Source: an uncultured Actinomycetes bacterium
GTDB taxonomy: Bacteria > Actinomycetota > UBA4738 > HRBIN12
Assembly (NCBI GenBank): GCA_963704885.1
Contig: CAVPIB010000001.1
Location: 832,001-896,000, forward strand
DNA length: 64,000 nucleotides
Direction of reading: 5' to 3'
Shown here in pieces: positions 29,894-40,381 of this stretch. The notes below the pieces were generated by a model. That model was given only the letters and a program-made list of their open reading frames with translations, was not told the DNA's origin and ran no database searches. A program made the position numbers and the translations under genes. Position 1 is the first letter of the stretch. Every line of letters starts with the position of its first letter.

Positions 29894-30499
29894 CTAGGCC
29901 TGAGGCGGGGGCTCCGCCGGTCGCTCGGAGGACGTGTCCGGATCGATCGCGTCACCTGCTGTTCGCTTCCGACGCACCCACGCCAGGTCGAGGAGACCGC
30001 CGGCGACCGCGAGCACGGCGCCGGCGACGGATGTCCACAACCCGGGTTGCGCTTCCACCTGGATGCCGGCCGTGTCCATCACCTGCAAGACCTGGCGGCG
30101 GGCTTCCTCGCTCGCGATCCCGAGCTGATCGACCACGGTCTTCACCAAGGCATCGACGCCTGCGTCGGCCACGACAGACCCGACCGCGGCCAAGGACCAC
30201 ACGGCAAGGACGAGCGCCACTGACGAGCTGGCGATGATCGCCAGGGCGATCGTGCGCCGCCGCTCCGGTCGGACGAACCGCAGGGCCAAGATGCCGGCGA
30301 TGATGACCAGACCCAGGATCGCCGTCACCTTCCCTTGCCACAGGTCGATGCCCTTCGTTGGAACCGCGTTCAAGACGCTGTCGCCCAGGGTTACCGTCGC
30401 CCAGTCGCCGATCGAGCCGAACGTGACCAGGGCGCCGCCGAGGACGGTCAACAGGAACCCCCACAGGCGTAGCGGGCTCGGCTTCACCACGGCGAGCAT
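29894..30499 (-). CDS. Membrane protein (Trp-biosynthesis-associated-like)
   Basis: Four hydrophobic segments; ATG 30499 lies 6 nt after CAGACT. Confidence 0.65.
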   Translation of the reverse strand: MLAVVKPSPLRLWGFLLTVLGGALVTFGSIGDWATVTLGDSVLNAVPTKGIDLWQGKVTAILGLVIIAGILALRFVRPERRRTIALAIIASSSVALVLAVWSLAAVGSVVADAGVDALVKTVVDQLGIASEEARRQVLQVMDTAGIQVEAQPGLWTSVAGAVLAVAGGLLDLAWVRRKRTAGDAIDPDTSSERPAEPPPQA

Positions 30500-30573
30500 C
30501 GGGCGAGTCTGGCATTCCTCGAGGTCGTGGAGAAGCACATCCGGTGGAAGCGGACGCGGCGTAGCATGACGAG

Positions 30574-30747
30574 GTGAGCGATGGACTCTGGGCGCAGGTC
30601 AGGGAGCACGGCAGGAACTTCTTCACGAACTGGAGCGCCTACGATGCGTCGGCTTGGACCAAGCTCCGGCTGACGTTCCGCAATCGCTCGAAGGCGTTGT
30701 TCTCTCGGCAACAGTGTTGCGGGAACCACGGTCAACCCGGCTGTTGA
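30574..30747 (+). CDS. Unlisted 57-aa protein ending in CCGNHGQPGC
   Basis: GTG 6 nt after TAGCAT; MSDGLWAQVREHGRNFFTNWSAYDASAWTKLRLTFRNRSKALFSRQQCCGNHGQPGC; followed by a hairpin. Confidence 0.7.
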   Translation: MSDGLWAQVREHGRNFFTNWSAYDASAWTKLRLTFRNRSKALFSRQQCCGNHGQPGC

Positions 30748-30808
30748 CGGCTCCCCGAGGATCCCGGTCGGGGTCCCGAGGGAGAGCACCGCCACCCGCA
30801 CTAACGTC

Positions 30809-31882
30809 TCAGGCGGACGCAGCCTCCGCGATCGCCCGCCCGACCTCCTCGGTGCTCGACGTGCCTCCAAGGTCCGGCGTGCGGACGGCGCCGGCGTCCA
30901 GTACCGCGTCCACGGCCCGCTCCACACGCTCCGCAGCCCCTCGTTCGCCCAGGAAGCGGAGCATCATAGCCCCCGACAAGATCATGGCGATCGGGTTGGC
31001 CAGGCCCCTGCCGGCGATGTCGGGCGCGCTCCCGTGCACGGGTTCGAAGACGGCGTACTCCCAACCGATGTTGGCGCCGGGGATGAGCCCGAGCCCACCC
31101 ACCAGGCCGGCGCACAGGTCGGAGAGGATGTCGCCGTAGAGGTTGGGGAGCACCAGGACGTCGAACATCTCCGGCTCCCACACCAGGCTCATGGAAAGGT
31201 GATCGATCTGGATGTCCTCGAACCCGATGTCGCCTCGAACGACCGGGTCGGCGGCGATCTCCCGAAACGTCTTGAGGAACAGGCCGTCGGAGTAGCGCAT
31301 CACGTTCGACTTGTGACCGAGTGTGACCTTGTGCCGACCGTTGAGCCGGGCGTACTCGAACGCGAACCGCACGATCCGCCGAGCTCCGGCGACCGAGATG
31401 GGCTTGAGCGTGATCCCCGCGTCCTCGCGAACCTCGAAGCCGGCGAGCGAGTGGAGCTTCTCGCGGAGAGCTGCTGCCTCGGGCGAGCCGCGCTCGAACT
31501 CGAGCCCTTGATACAGGTCCTCGGTGTTCTCCCGGATGACGACCAGATCTGTCTCGGGATGCTTGATCGGAACGCCGGGAAGTCCGCGGGCGGGTCGGAC
31601 CGCCGCGAAGAGGTCGAGCTCCTGACGCAGCGCGACGTTCACGCTGCGGAATCCGGTGCCCACCGGGGTCGTGATCGGGCCCTTGATCGCGACGCGGCAC
31701 TTACGGATCGAATCGAGCGTGGCGTCTGGCAGCAGCGCTCCGTGGGTCTGCAGCGCTCTCGCTCCCGCCACCGCGTCGACCCACTCGATGTTTCCGTTCG
31801 CCGCATCCAACACCGAACGGGTCGCCGCGGTGACTTCAGGTCCGATGCCATCCCCTGGGATGATGGTCACGCGATGCGTCAT
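30809..31882 (-). CDS. icd: Isocitrate dehydrogenase, type I family, paralogue B (NAD-type signature)
   Basis: GDGIGPE, RSVNVALR, RENTEDLY, HKSNVM, PNLYGDILSD, EPVHGSAPDIAG. Confidence 0.82.
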   Translation of the reverse strand: MTHRVTIIPGDGIGPEVTAATRSVLDAANGNIEWVDAVAGARALQTHGALLPDATLDSIRKCRVAIKGPITTPVGTGFRSVNVALRQELDLFAAVRPARGLPGVPIKHPETDLVVIRENTEDLYQGLEFERGSPEAAALREKLHSLAGFEVREDAGITLKPISVAGARRIVRFAFEYARLNGRHKVTLGHKSNVMRYSDGLFLKTFREIAADPVVRGDIGFEDIQIDHLSMSLVWEPEMFDVLVLPNLYGDILSDLCAGLVGGLGLIPGANIGWEYAVFEPVHGSAPDIAGRGLANPIAMILSGAMMLRFLGERGAAERVERAVDAVLDAGAVRTPDLGGTSSTEEVGRAIAEAASA

Positions 31883-31959
31883 GTGGGGGCGAGCTTATCC
31901 GCACGAACCGCGGCGGACGCCCGAACGTAGTACCTGGGTCCGGCGATCGGGGAGGTTCC

Positions 31960-32535
31960 ATGAAACGGCTCACGGTTCTCACCGCTCTAGTTCTGATCGT
32001 GACGACGGCGCCGGCCGCGCGTGCCGGTCAGACCGTGAGCATCGCCAACTTCTCGTTCTCGCCCGCCTCCCTGACGGCCGGCCTGGGCGACTCGATCACG
32101 TTCAACAACACGGCGGCGATCGTCCACACCTCCACGTCGGACGACGGGTTCTGGAACACGGGAACGATCGCTGGCGGGTCGTCGGAAGCGGTCGCGTTCT
32201 CGGCCTCGGGGAGATTCACGTATCACTGCGCGATCCACCCTTCGATGAAGGCCGTCATAGTCGTCCCGATCACGGTAGGTCCCGACGGACCGGTTGCCGC
32301 CGGCACCAAGCTCACCATCACTTTCGCGTCGGATCAGACGAACGGCAGGACATACGACATCCAGCGGCGCCGCGGGCACAAGGCCTGGGTCACGCTCGCC
32401 TCCGGGACGAGCTCCCTGTCCGTGACATACACACCGCGCAAGGCGGGCAAGTTCCGATTCCGCGCTGCGGCGATCATGGATGGCGAGAGGAGTGGTTGGT
32501 CGCCGAAAGTCCTGGTGAGGGTGACCGCCGCGTAG
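31960..32535 (+). CDS. Secreted cupredoxin (type-1 Cu) with C-terminal beta-rich domain
   Basis: Signal peptide, FSFSP, VHTST, YHCAIHPSM ligand loop. Confidence 0.85.
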   Translation: MKRLTVLTALVLIVTTAPAARAGQTVSIANFSFSPASLTAGLGDSITFNNTAAIVHTSTSDDGFWNTGTIAGGSSEAVAFSASGRFTYHCAIHPSMKAVIVVPITVGPDGPVAAGTKLTITFASDQTNGRTYDIQRRRGHKAWVTLASGTSSLSVTYTPRKAGKFRFRAAAIMDGERSGWSPKVLVRVTAA

Positions 32536-32541
32536 CGGAGT

Positions 32542-33306
32542 TCAGAAGCGGTCGAAAAGGATGGAGCGCTTGACCTCTTGGATCGCCTTCGTCACCTGGA
32601 TGCCGCGTGGGCAGGCATCCGTGCAGTTGAAGGTGGTGCGACAGCGGAACACGCCGGTCTTCTCCGAGAGGATCTTCAAGCGTTCGCGGCCGCCCTCGTC
32701 CCGCGAGTCGAAGATGAACCTGTGTGCGTTCACGATCGCGGCCGGACCCACGTACTCCTCGTCGCTCCAGAAGATCGGGCACGACGTGGTGCACGCCGCG
32801 CACAGGATGCATTTCGTGGTGTCGTCGAAACGGGCGCGCTCCTCAGGCGATTGCCGACGCTCCGTGTCTGGCTCGCCGCTGTCGTTCACCAGGAAGGGCA
32901 GCACGCTCTTATAGCCTTCGAAGAACGGGTCCATGTCCACGATCAGGTCCTTGAGGACCGCCAGCCCGCGGATCGGTTCCACCGTGGCCTTCGGCGCCAC
33001 GTCCTGCACCAAGACCTGGCAGGCCAACGCGTTGCGGCCGTTTATCAACATGGCGTCTGAGCCGCAGACGCCGTGCGCGCAGGAGCGGCGCAGGGCCAGC
33101 GTGCCGTCCTGTCGCCACTTCACCTCGTGAAGTGCGTCCAGCAGACGGTCGGTGGGCTCCATCCTCACCTGGAACTCCTCCCACCATGGGTCGGGGGAGA
33201 CCTCGGGGTTGTACCGGCGGATCTTGAGGGTGAGCGACATCTTGCTGTCGGGCCGTCCGACGCGGCGGTCATCGGACCCCTGCAGCACCTCTGCCGCGGT
33301 CGCCAT
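32542..33306 (-). CDS. sdhB: Succinate dehydrogenase Fe-S subunit
   Basis: SCAHGVCGSD, CILCAACTTSCP, CRTTFNCTDACP. Confidence 0.96.
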   Translation of the reverse strand: MATAAEVLQGSDDRRVGRPDSKMSLTLKIRRYNPEVSPDPWWEEFQVRMEPTDRLLDALHEVKWRQDGTLALRRSCAHGVCGSDAMLINGRNALACQVLVQDVAPKATVEPIRGLAVLKDLIVDMDPFFEGYKSVLPFLVNDSGEPDTERRQSPEERARFDDTTKCILCAACTTSCPIFWSDEEYVGPAAIVNAHRFIFDSRDEGGRERLKILSEKTGVFRCRTTFNCTDACPRGIQVTKAIQEVKRSILFDRF

Positions 33307-35045
33307 CAGTACTTCCGCTCCATGGGTATGTAGGGTCCCATCTTCACCGGCTTGTACTCCAGTTCGATCGAACGGTCGCCCTGCTTGTACGCGAGCGAGT
33401 GCTTCAGCCAGTTGGCGTCATCGCGCAGCGGGTGATCATCTCGGAAATGCGCGCCGCGACTCTCGGTCCGGGCCCGAGCCGCCGAGACCAGGGTCTCGGC
33501 GCAATCCAGCAAGAATCCGAGCTCGACGGCTTCCATCAGGTCGGTGTTGAACACGCTCCCCTTGTCCTGCACGCCCACCTGCGCGTACCTGTCGTGAAGG
33601 CCCGCGAGGATCTCCTCCATCTGACTCAACCCTTCCTCGTTCCGAACGACGCACGCAAGGTCGAACATCGCGTCCTGCAGCTCCGTGCGGATGTCGGCGG
33701 GATTGGCCGCGCGCTGGCGCGTCAGCAGGCCGTTCAGCATGTCCAGGGTTGGCTTGGCGGGCGCGTCCGGGAGCGGCACGAGGTCGGATCCTTCCGCGAA
33801 CTCCGCCATGCGGGCGCCCCCCCTGCGCCCGAAGACCACGATGTCCAGGAGCGAGTTCGTTCCCAGGCGGTTGGCGCCGTGAACGCTTACGCAGGCGCAT
33901 TCACCGGCGGCGAACAGGCCGGGGACGATGGTCTCGTCGGAACCCGTCACGACCTGCGCGTCGATGTCCGTCGGGATGCCGCCCATCGCATAGTGCGCGG
34001 TCGGCTGGATGGGGACGAGCTCCTTGGTCGGCTCCACACGCAGGTACACGCGCGCGAACTCCGTGATGTCGGGGAGCTTCTCCGCGATGACCTTGGGGTC
34101 CAGATGCCGCAGGTCCAGGTAGACCATGTCGCCGTTGGGGCCGGCGCCCCGGCCCTCCTTGATCTCCTGGTAGATCGAACGCGACACCACGTCGCGTGGC
34201 GCCAGGTCCTTGATGGTCGGCGCGTACCGCTCCATGAATCGCTCGCCGTCCTTGTTCAACAAGATGCCGCCCTCGCCGCGCGCTGCCTCGCTGAGCAGGA
34301 TCCCCAGCTTGAACAGACCCGTGGGGTGGAACTGGAAGAACTCCATGTCCTGCAGCGGGATGCCTCGTCGGTAGGCGACCGATGGACCATCACCCGTCAG
34401 GGCGTGGGCGTTGGATGTGACGCGGAACATCCGGCCGAAGCCACCGGTGGCGAACATGACCGACTTGGCCCGGAACACGTGGAGCTCGCCGGTGGCCAGC
34501 TCGTACGCCACGACTCCGGCCGTCCGACCGGCGTCATCGCGGAGCAGGTCGAGGCAGTAGAACTCGTTGAAGAAGCGGACGTCGCGTTTGACGCACTGCT
34601 GGTAGAGCGTCTGCAGGATCATGTGGCCGGTCCGGTCGGCCGCGTAGCACGCCCGCATGACGGGCCCCTCCCCGTGGTTACGGGTGTGTCCCCCGAAGCG
34701 TCGCTGCGCGATCTTCCCGTCGGGCGTCCGGTTGAAAGGAAGCCCCCAGTGCTCCAGCTGATAGATGGCATCGACGGCCTCGTCCGCCAACAACTCCGCG
34801 GCGGGCTGGTCGACCAGATAGTCGCCGCCCTTCACGGTGTCGAAAGCGTGCCACTCCGGGTAGTCCTCCTCCATGTTCCCCAGGGCGGCGCAGACCCCGC
34901 CTTGGGCTGCGCCGGTGTGCGATCGGGTGGGGTAGAGCTTGGAGATCACGGCGGTGCGAACCTGATCCGAGGTCTCGATCGCGGCGCGAAGTCCGGCGCC
35001 GCCGGCTCCAACGATCACGGCGTCGTAGGTGTGCGTCGTCGTCAT
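33306..35045 (-). CDS. sdhA: Succinate dehydrogenase flavoprotein subunit
   Basis: [42 protein letters not shown]. Confidence 0.97.
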   Translation of the reverse strand: MTTTHTYDAVIVGAGGAGLRAAIETSDQVRTAVISKLYPTRSHTGAAQGGVCAALGNMEEDYPEWHAFDTVKGGDYLVDQPAAELLADEAVDAIYQLEHWGLPFNRTPDGKIAQRRFGGHTRNHGEGPVMRACYAADRTGHMILQTLYQQCVKRDVRFFNEFYCLDLLRDDAGRTAGVVAYELATGELHVFRAKSVMFATGGFGRMFRVTSNAHALTGDGPSVAYRRGIPLQDMEFFQFHPTGLFKLGILLSEAARGEGGILLNKDGERFMERYAPTIKDLAPRDVVSRSIYQEIKEGRGAGPNGDMVYLDLRHLDPKVIAEKLPDITEFARVYLRVEPTKELVPIQPTAHYAMGGIPTDIDAQVVTGSDETIVPGLFAAGECACVSVHGANRLGTNSLLDIVVFGRRGGARMAEFAEGSDLVPLPDAPAKPTLDMLNGLLTRQRAANPADIRTELQDAMFDLACVVRNEEGLSQMEEILAGLHDRYAQVGVQDKGSVFNTDLMEAVELGFLLDCAETLVSAARARTESRGAHFRDDHPLRDDANWLKHSLAYKQGDRSIELEYKPVKMGPYIPMERKY

Positions 35046-35049
35046 CGGC

Positions 35050-35502
35050 TCACGTCGCTCCCGGCCACTTCGACGCATCGAACGTGAAGACGATCACCGA
35101 GCCCAGGACGAAGAGCGTGAACCCCAACACGTAGAAGACCATGTTGATCGTGAGGCGGACGCCTGGGTTGCGCACGTAGTCGAGGGTGATCACCCGCAGG
35201 CCGTTGATGCCGTGGATCAGCGCGAGCACCAGGAGCATCCAGTCCCACGTACGCCAGAACGGGCTGCCCCAGCGGGTCGCGACGAACCCGAAGTCGACGC
35301 GACCAACGCCTTCCTTCGTCACGTGCATGATCAGGACGTGCCCCACGGCGAGCACCAACAGGACGAGCCCCGAGATCCGCATGAACAACCAGGTCCACAG
35401 CTCGAAGCCACCGACCGGGCGGTCCCTGCCGGCGCGGAAGTCGCGCTGCGGAGAGTGCTCCGGGGTGGGGGAGGGCGGGTGGGATCCGGTCGTGGTCGCC
35501 AT
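35050..35502 (-). CDS. sdhD: Succinate dehydrogenase membrane anchor
   Basis: [15 protein letters not shown]...DY. Confidence 0.9.
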   Translation of the reverse strand: MATTTGSHPPSPTPEHSPQRDFRAGRDRPVGGFELWTWLFMRISGLVLLVLAVGHVLIMHVTKEGVGRVDFGFVATRWGSPFWRTWDWMLLVLALIHGINGLRVITLDYVRNPGVRLTINMVFYVLGFTLFVLGSVIVFTFDASKWPGAT

Positions 35503-35907
35503 CTACTTGGTGACCAGGTCGAAGATCTGTTTGCCCATGATGATCGTCACCGGGATCATGCTTGCCAAGAAGATCACGAACGTCGCGAATCCGATCTCGC
35601 GGATGTTCTTAGCGAGGCTCGGGAAGAAGTCGATCAGCATGATCTTGGTCCCGTTGATCGCGTGATACAGGACGGCGGCGACCAGTCCGTATTCGAGCAC
35701 CCGGATGATCGGATTCTCGTAGACGGCGACCACGCGCTCGTAGGCGTGCGGACCCCAGCCGATCACAGCCGTGTCGACCACGTGAGCGAACAGGAACAGG
35801 ATGATCGCGACACCCGTTATGCGATGCATGAGCCAGGAGTACTGGCCCTCATGGCCCCTGTAGATGGGGCCGTAGTCGCTCTTCTTCTTGCTCGCTCGGG
35901 TCGCCAC
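35503..35907 (-). CDS. sdhC: Succinate dehydrogenase cytochrome b556 subunit
   Basis: YRGHEGQYSWLMHRITG, FAHVVDT, YHAING. Confidence 0.92.
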   Translation of the reverse strand: MATRASKKKSDYGPIYRGHEGQYSWLMHRITGVAIILFLFAHVVDTAVIGWGPHAYERVVAVYENPIIRVLEYGLVAAVLYHAINGTKIMLIDFFPSLAKNIREIGFATFVIFLASMIPVTIIMGKQIFDLVTK

Positions 35908-35979
35908 TGGTGATCGCTCCCAGCCTATATCGCGGCCTCGCCAACGAGCCCGCCGAACCGGCCAACGGCCGCGCGGAGT

Positions 35980-36864
35980 CTACCCAGTTCCGTCAGAGGT
36001 CGGGGGAGTGGCTACCGGGTCGCGTCGCGGGCGCGGACCGCAATCGAGGATCGCGAACGGACTCGGCGGGATGGAGGGGTCGGCCAGGGCATGCTCCAGG
36101 GAGAGGCTCGAACCAGATGCCGAGATGCGCTCCTGGCGGCGACGGATCTCCCGCTGGATCGGAGCGATGATCGGGACGATGATCGCGCTAACGACCAGTC
36201 CCAACCATCCTGCCCAGGAGCCTTTCGCCAACGTGGTCGCCATCAGGGTCGGCAACAGTAGAAGGAGGTTGCCGTACAGGTTCAACCTGTTGAAGGACCG
36301 GCGGAGGGCGGGTTCGGAGGACGTATCCAAGTCGTGCCCCCGCACCCACAGCGACCCGACGATGGCAACGAGATACGCGCCGGCGACGGCTCCTACCGCC
36401 CAAGCGCTTGGCCGGCCGTCTCCTGCAGGTAGTGCAAACGAGTAGAACCAAAGGGCGAGGATCACGTCGACGACGAAGAGACGACGGATGGGTTCCAAGC
36501 CGAGGGTCCTGCGGTAAACGAGTCGCCCTCGCGGCATCCTCATCTCTCTACGCCGTCTGCGGAGTCGGATCAGACGACGCAACGCGTTCACATCATCGAG
36601 GAAGAGGAACAAGAAGCAGGCCAGGAGGATCGAGCCCCAGATCGACAACCTCCATCCGGTATCGAGGCCGTCGAGGGATCCGGAAGCAAGGATGAGCAGC
36701 GCGAGGCCGAACCTCGTCAATACGAAGTTGACCCGCACCAATCCCTCCGCCGAGAAACGCAATCCGCGGATGCTGAGGTTGAAGCCGATCCATGCGACGA
36801 GTAGTCCCGCCGTCAAGACGGACTCCAACTGGCCGATCGACGTCGGTGATTCGGTCACGACCAT
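35980..36864 (-). CDS. Multi-pass membrane protein of unknown function
   Basis: About seven hydrophobic segments; starts 7 nt after the stop of the O-methyltransferase gene. Confidence 0.6.
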   Translation of the reverse strand: MVVTESPTSIGQLESVLTAGLLVAWIGFNLSIRGLRFSAEGLVRVNFVLTRFGLALLILASGSLDGLDTGWRLSIWGSILLACFLFLFLDDVNALRRLIRLRRRRREMRMPRGRLVYRRTLGLEPIRRLFVVDVILALWFYSFALPAGDGRPSAWAVGAVAGAYLVAIVGSLWVRGHDLDTSSEPALRRSFNRLNLYGNLLLLLPTLMATTLAKGSWAGWLGLVVSAIIVPIIAPIQREIRRRQERISASGSSLSLEHALADPSIPPSPFAILDCGPRPRRDPVATPPTSDGTG

Positions 36865-36871
36865 GCACCAT

Positions 36872-37504
36872 CTAGCCGACGCGGATCGCGACGACGACGC
36901 CGTCCCGAGTGGGAACGATGGTCGAGAGGTAGCGCTCGTCGTCGGCGATCAGCTGATTGTGCTCCAGGATGGCTCGCGTTCGCTCGTCGGGATCGTCATC
37001 CAGCACGCGTCCCGACCACAAGACGTTGTCGCACACATAGAGGCCGCCGACCCTGATGCGATCGCTCGCAGCTCGCCACGCGTCGGGGTAGCCCTCCTTG
37101 TCGATGTCGTCGTAGACCACGTCGAACTCACCATCCAGCGTGTTCAGCGACGCCACCGCATCGCCCACGTGGAACGTGACCCGCTCCCAGAGGCCGGCCC
37201 GCCCGAGGTAATCGCGCGCCTTGCGTTCGTTCTGGGGATCGCCGTCGGTCAGGTGGAGCTCACCGGCTGATCCGACAGCTCGCGCGTGCCAATACCCCGA
37301 ATATCCGAAGCCAGAACCCAGCTCGACGATCCGTCGGGCTCCGACGGACCTGGCCAAGACCTCTAGCGTCACGCCGACGTTGCGACCGACGATAGGGAAC
37401 CCCAGCTCGGCCCCATGAGCCTCCATCTCCAACAGAACGGCTCCGTCGAGCCGATCCAGTCGCGAGCGCATGTAGTCGTCGATGCGCGGATCCACGATGT
37501 CCAC
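36872..37504 (-). CDS. SAM-dependent O-methyltransferase (Methyltransf_3 type)
   Basis: [29 protein letters not shown]. Confidence 0.9.
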   Translation of the reverse strand: MDIVDPRIDDYMRSRLDRLDGAVLLEMEAHGAELGFPIVGRNVGVTLEVLARSVGARRIVELGSGFGYSGYWHARAVGSAGELHLTDGDPQNERKARDYLGRAGLWERVTFHVGDAVASLNTLDGEFDVVYDDIDKEGYPDAWRAASDRIRVGGLYVCDNVLWSGRVLDDDPDERTRAILEHNQLIADDERYLSTIVPTRDGVVVAIRVG

Positions 37505-37573
37505 GGGCGAACACTATCGCGCCCCGGGTTGCCGTTCGAAGGCCGAGAGGGTCGAGGGGTAGGCTCTCGGAAC

Positions 37574-39151
37574 ATGGAAGAACGACGGACCGACTCCGGG
37601 ATCGAGCTCCAGCCGATCTACACGGCCGACGACCTGGTCGGGTTCGATGCCGCGAAGCAGCTCGGCGAGCCCGGCGAGGCTCCGTTCACGCGGGGCATCT
37701 ACCCCGACATGTACCGCGGGCGCCTGTGGACCATGCGGCAGTACGCCGGGATGGGGAGCGCCGCGGACACCAACGCCAGGTTCCGATATCTCCTGGATCA
37801 CGGGCAGACGGGCCTCTCGGTTGCGTTCGACCTGCCCACGCAGATGGGGCTGGATTCGGATCATCCACTCGCGGAGGGCGAGGTTGGCAAGACCGGTGTG
37901 GCGATCGACTCGATCGACGACATGCGGCGCTTGTTCGATCAGATCCCATTGGATCGCGTGACCACGTCCATGACGATCAACTCGACCGCGGCCATCTTGC
38001 TCCTGCTCTACGAGCTGGTCGCCGAAGAGCAGGGCGTGGACGCGTCGAAGATCGGCGGCACGGTCCAGAACGACCTGCTGAAGGAGTACGCGGCCCGCGG
38101 CACGTACATCTACCCGCCCAAGCCGTCGATGCGGATCATCACCGATCTGTTCGCGTACTGCGGCGAGCGCATCCCTCGCTGGCACACGATCTCGATCAGC
38201 GGCTACCACATGCGCGAGGCGGGCGCGACCGCGGCGCAAGAGATCGCGTTCACGCTGGCGAACGGCATCGCGTACGTGCAGGCGGCGATCGACGCAGGTC
38301 TCGCGATCGACGACTTCGCGCCCAGGCTCTCGTTCTTCTTCGCGTGCCACATGCACTTCTTCGAGGAGATCGCGAAGTTCCGCGCGGCCCGACGGATGTG
38401 GTTCCGGATCATGACGGAGCGGTTCGGCGCACAGGATCCGAAGAGCGCCATGCTCCGGTTCCACACGCAGACCGGCGGCGCGACGCTCACCGCGCAGCAA
38501 CCGGAGAACAACATCGTTCGCACCGCGCTCGAGGCCATGGCAGCCGTCCTGGGTGGCACGCAGTCCCTCCACACGAACTCGTTCGACGAGGCGCTAGCGC
38601 TGCCCACCGAGCGCGCGGTGAAGATCGCGCTGCGGACCCAACAGGTGATCGGCTACGAGACCGGCGTAGCCAACGTGGCCGACCCGCTCGGCGGTTCGTA
38701 CTACGTGGAGTCGTTGACCGACGAGCTCGAACGGCTGGCGCTGGAGTACCTGGAGCGGATCGAGGCCATGGGCGGCGCGGTCGCGGCCATAGAGCGCGGT
38801 TTCTACCAGGAGGAGATCCACGATGCCGCCTTCCGGATCCAGCGGGGGATCGAGTCGGGCGAACGCGTCGTCGTTGGCGTGAACCGATTCGTCGACGAGG
38901 AGGAGAAGCCGGTCGATCTCCAGCGGATCTCACCCGACGAGGTGAGGATGCAGGTCGAGCGGCTCAAGGAACTCCGAGAGACCCGCGACGCGACCGCGGT
39001 CGGATCCGCGCTCGCGGCGGTAGGGGAGGCGGCTCGCGGGACCGACAACCTGTTGCCGCCTATGAGGGTCGCGCTCAAGGCTCGCGCCACGCTGGGCGAG
39101 GTCTCCGACGTACTGCGCGACGTTTACGGCGAGTATCGCCCCTCGTTCTAA
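37574..39151 (+). CDS. Methylmalonyl-CoA mutase N-terminal (large) subunit
   Basis: WTMRQYAG (Tyr, MCM-type), [33 protein letters not shown]; lacks a B12 domain. Confidence 0.93.
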   Translation: MEERRTDSGIELQPIYTADDLVGFDAAKQLGEPGEAPFTRGIYPDMYRGRLWTMRQYAGMGSAADTNARFRYLLDHGQTGLSVAFDLPTQMGLDSDHPLAEGEVGKTGVAIDSIDDMRRLFDQIPLDRVTTSMTINSTAAILLLLYELVAEEQGVDASKIGGTVQNDLLKEYAARGTYIYPPKPSMRIITDLFAYCGERIPRWHTISISGYHMREAGATAAQEIAFTLANGIAYVQAAIDAGLAIDDFAPRLSFFFACHMHFFEEIAKFRAARRMWFRIMTERFGAQDPKSAMLRFHTQTGGATLTAQQPENNIVRTALEAMAAVLGGTQSLHTNSFDEALALPTERAVKIALRTQQVIGYETGVANVADPLGGSYYVESLTDELERLALEYLERIEAMGGAVAAIERGFYQEEIHDAAFRIQRGIESGERVVVGVNRFVDEEEKPVDLQRISPDEVRMQVERLKELRETRDATAVGSALAAVGEAARGTDNLLPPMRVALKARATLGEVSDVLRDVYGEYRPSF

Positions 39152-39297
39152 GCGAGCGCGAAGACCGCATGCACGACGGCCGCCAGGCCGGCCACGGCCA
39201 CCACGGCGCCGACGAGACGAAGACCGGGTTTTCCCCACAAGCCTCCGGCCGCCAGCAGGCACGCGACTCCGACCGCCGCCTCGATCACTGCCGTCAC
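39148..39297 (-). CDS. Unlisted 49-aa two-TM membrane protein
   Basis: GTG 39297 to TAG; [49 protein letters not shown]; starts 5 nt after the corrected carH stop. Confidence 0.6.
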   Translation of the reverse strand: MTAVIEAAVGVACLLAAGGLWGKPGLRLVGAVVAVAGLAAVVHAVFALA

Positions 39298-39302
39298 GGA
39301 TG

Positions 39303-40179
39303 TCAGCGAGCCCCCGATCCGATCAGATCAGCAGCTCGCTCGAGGTCGTTGCCCAGGTAGACGCCCAGCAGTCGTCTCGCGAGACCGTGACGTCGCGAAG
39401 GCGTTCCCCCCGTAGAAGACATCGACGCCCGGGATAGCAGCCACGGCGCGAAGCGACTCCATCGTCGCCCGCCGGCCGACGCTGCGCTGCGCGCTCACGA
39501 CCGCGCCGGCCGCTCGTGAAGCGCGGACCGCTGTGACCAGGGAATCCGCCGGCGTCACGGCTCCAAGAACTCGACAGGACCAGCCCCGTCGCGCCAGCAC
39601 CACCGCGAACGCTTCCAACCCGATCGTATGAAGCTCGGTCGGACCGCACGCGAGTACGAGCGGGTTGCGCCGGTACGGTGGGGGGGCGAGAGCGCCGATC
39701 CGAGCTAGCCACTGCCGAACGATCTGCGTCGCGAGATGCTCGTTCGCCACGTCGCAGGCCCCCGCCTGCCAGAGGTCTCCCATCTCCCTCATCCCCGGCA
39801 GCGCCACCTCGCTGATCGCTCGCCCCACCCCGAGGAGCTCCGTCGCTTGGTCGAGAGAGCGCCGTATGACATCGGCATCGAGAACTGCGGCTCCTTCGGC
39901 GAATCGATCGATGAACTCGTTCCTCCCCAGGGGCACTCCCACACCCAAGCGGACGGTCGCGACGGCCTCCCGGGCTCGGTTGCCTCGGGTGATCTCGTCG
40001 CGCACCGCTCGGAGGCTCTCGACCTCCTCGAGCGAGTACCGACGGTGCTTACCGTCCGTGCGAGCCGGCGACGGGAAGGAGTAGCGGCGCTCCCACGATC
40101 GGATCGTCGGCACCGGGATGCCGAGGAGCTCTGATACCTGCGCGATGGTCATGCGAACCTGATCCGTGTCGTGGTTCAT
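39303..40179 (-). CDS. carH: MerR-family B12-binding regulator (CarH/LitR-like photoreceptor); apparent +1 frameshift near 39365 in the C-terminal tail
   Basis: MerR HTH (TIRSWERRY...GKHRRYS), W-x9-EH (WQAGACDVANEH), ExHxxG (ELHTIG), FYGG; shifted frame continues GVYLGNDLERAADLI. Confidence 0.88.
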
Positions 40180-40180
40180 C

Positions 40181-40317
40181 TGGATAGGTTACCTATGTGT
40201 GTGGTCACTTGGGTGCTACTACTGCATGGGTTCGTACTCTGTAGTGGTTCATCACTCCAGCTAGAGGCCCTATCTTTCGCTCTTGTGAAATGCATGGGTT
40301 CTATCATAAACCATGCA
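40181..40317. promoter_or_regulatory. Divergent promoter region with four copies of the YGCATRGRTTC operator-like motif
   Basis: TGGATAGGTTA 40181, TGCATGGGTTC 40223 and 40291, inverted TGCATGGTTTA 40307-40317; -10 TAACCT (minus strand, 6 nt before carH ATG) and TATCAT 40302-40307. Confidence 0.7.
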
Positions 40318-40381
40318 GTTGAGTAGTGGATACTTGAGGTGATCATCGAACTACAGCGCCGGCGACTGACAAGGAGAAGCG

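Noticed and set aside
30745-30803. Selenocysteine readthrough of the TGA after ...PGC with a SECIS-like hairpin
   Set aside because: The extension looks unstructured, the hairpin fits a terminator between convergent genes, and no sel genes are visible.
33399-35087. 562-aa plus-strand ORF and similar long antisense ORFs (e.g. 12740-13984, 22618-23721)
   Set aside because: Mirror frames of well-supported genes with no recognisable motifs.
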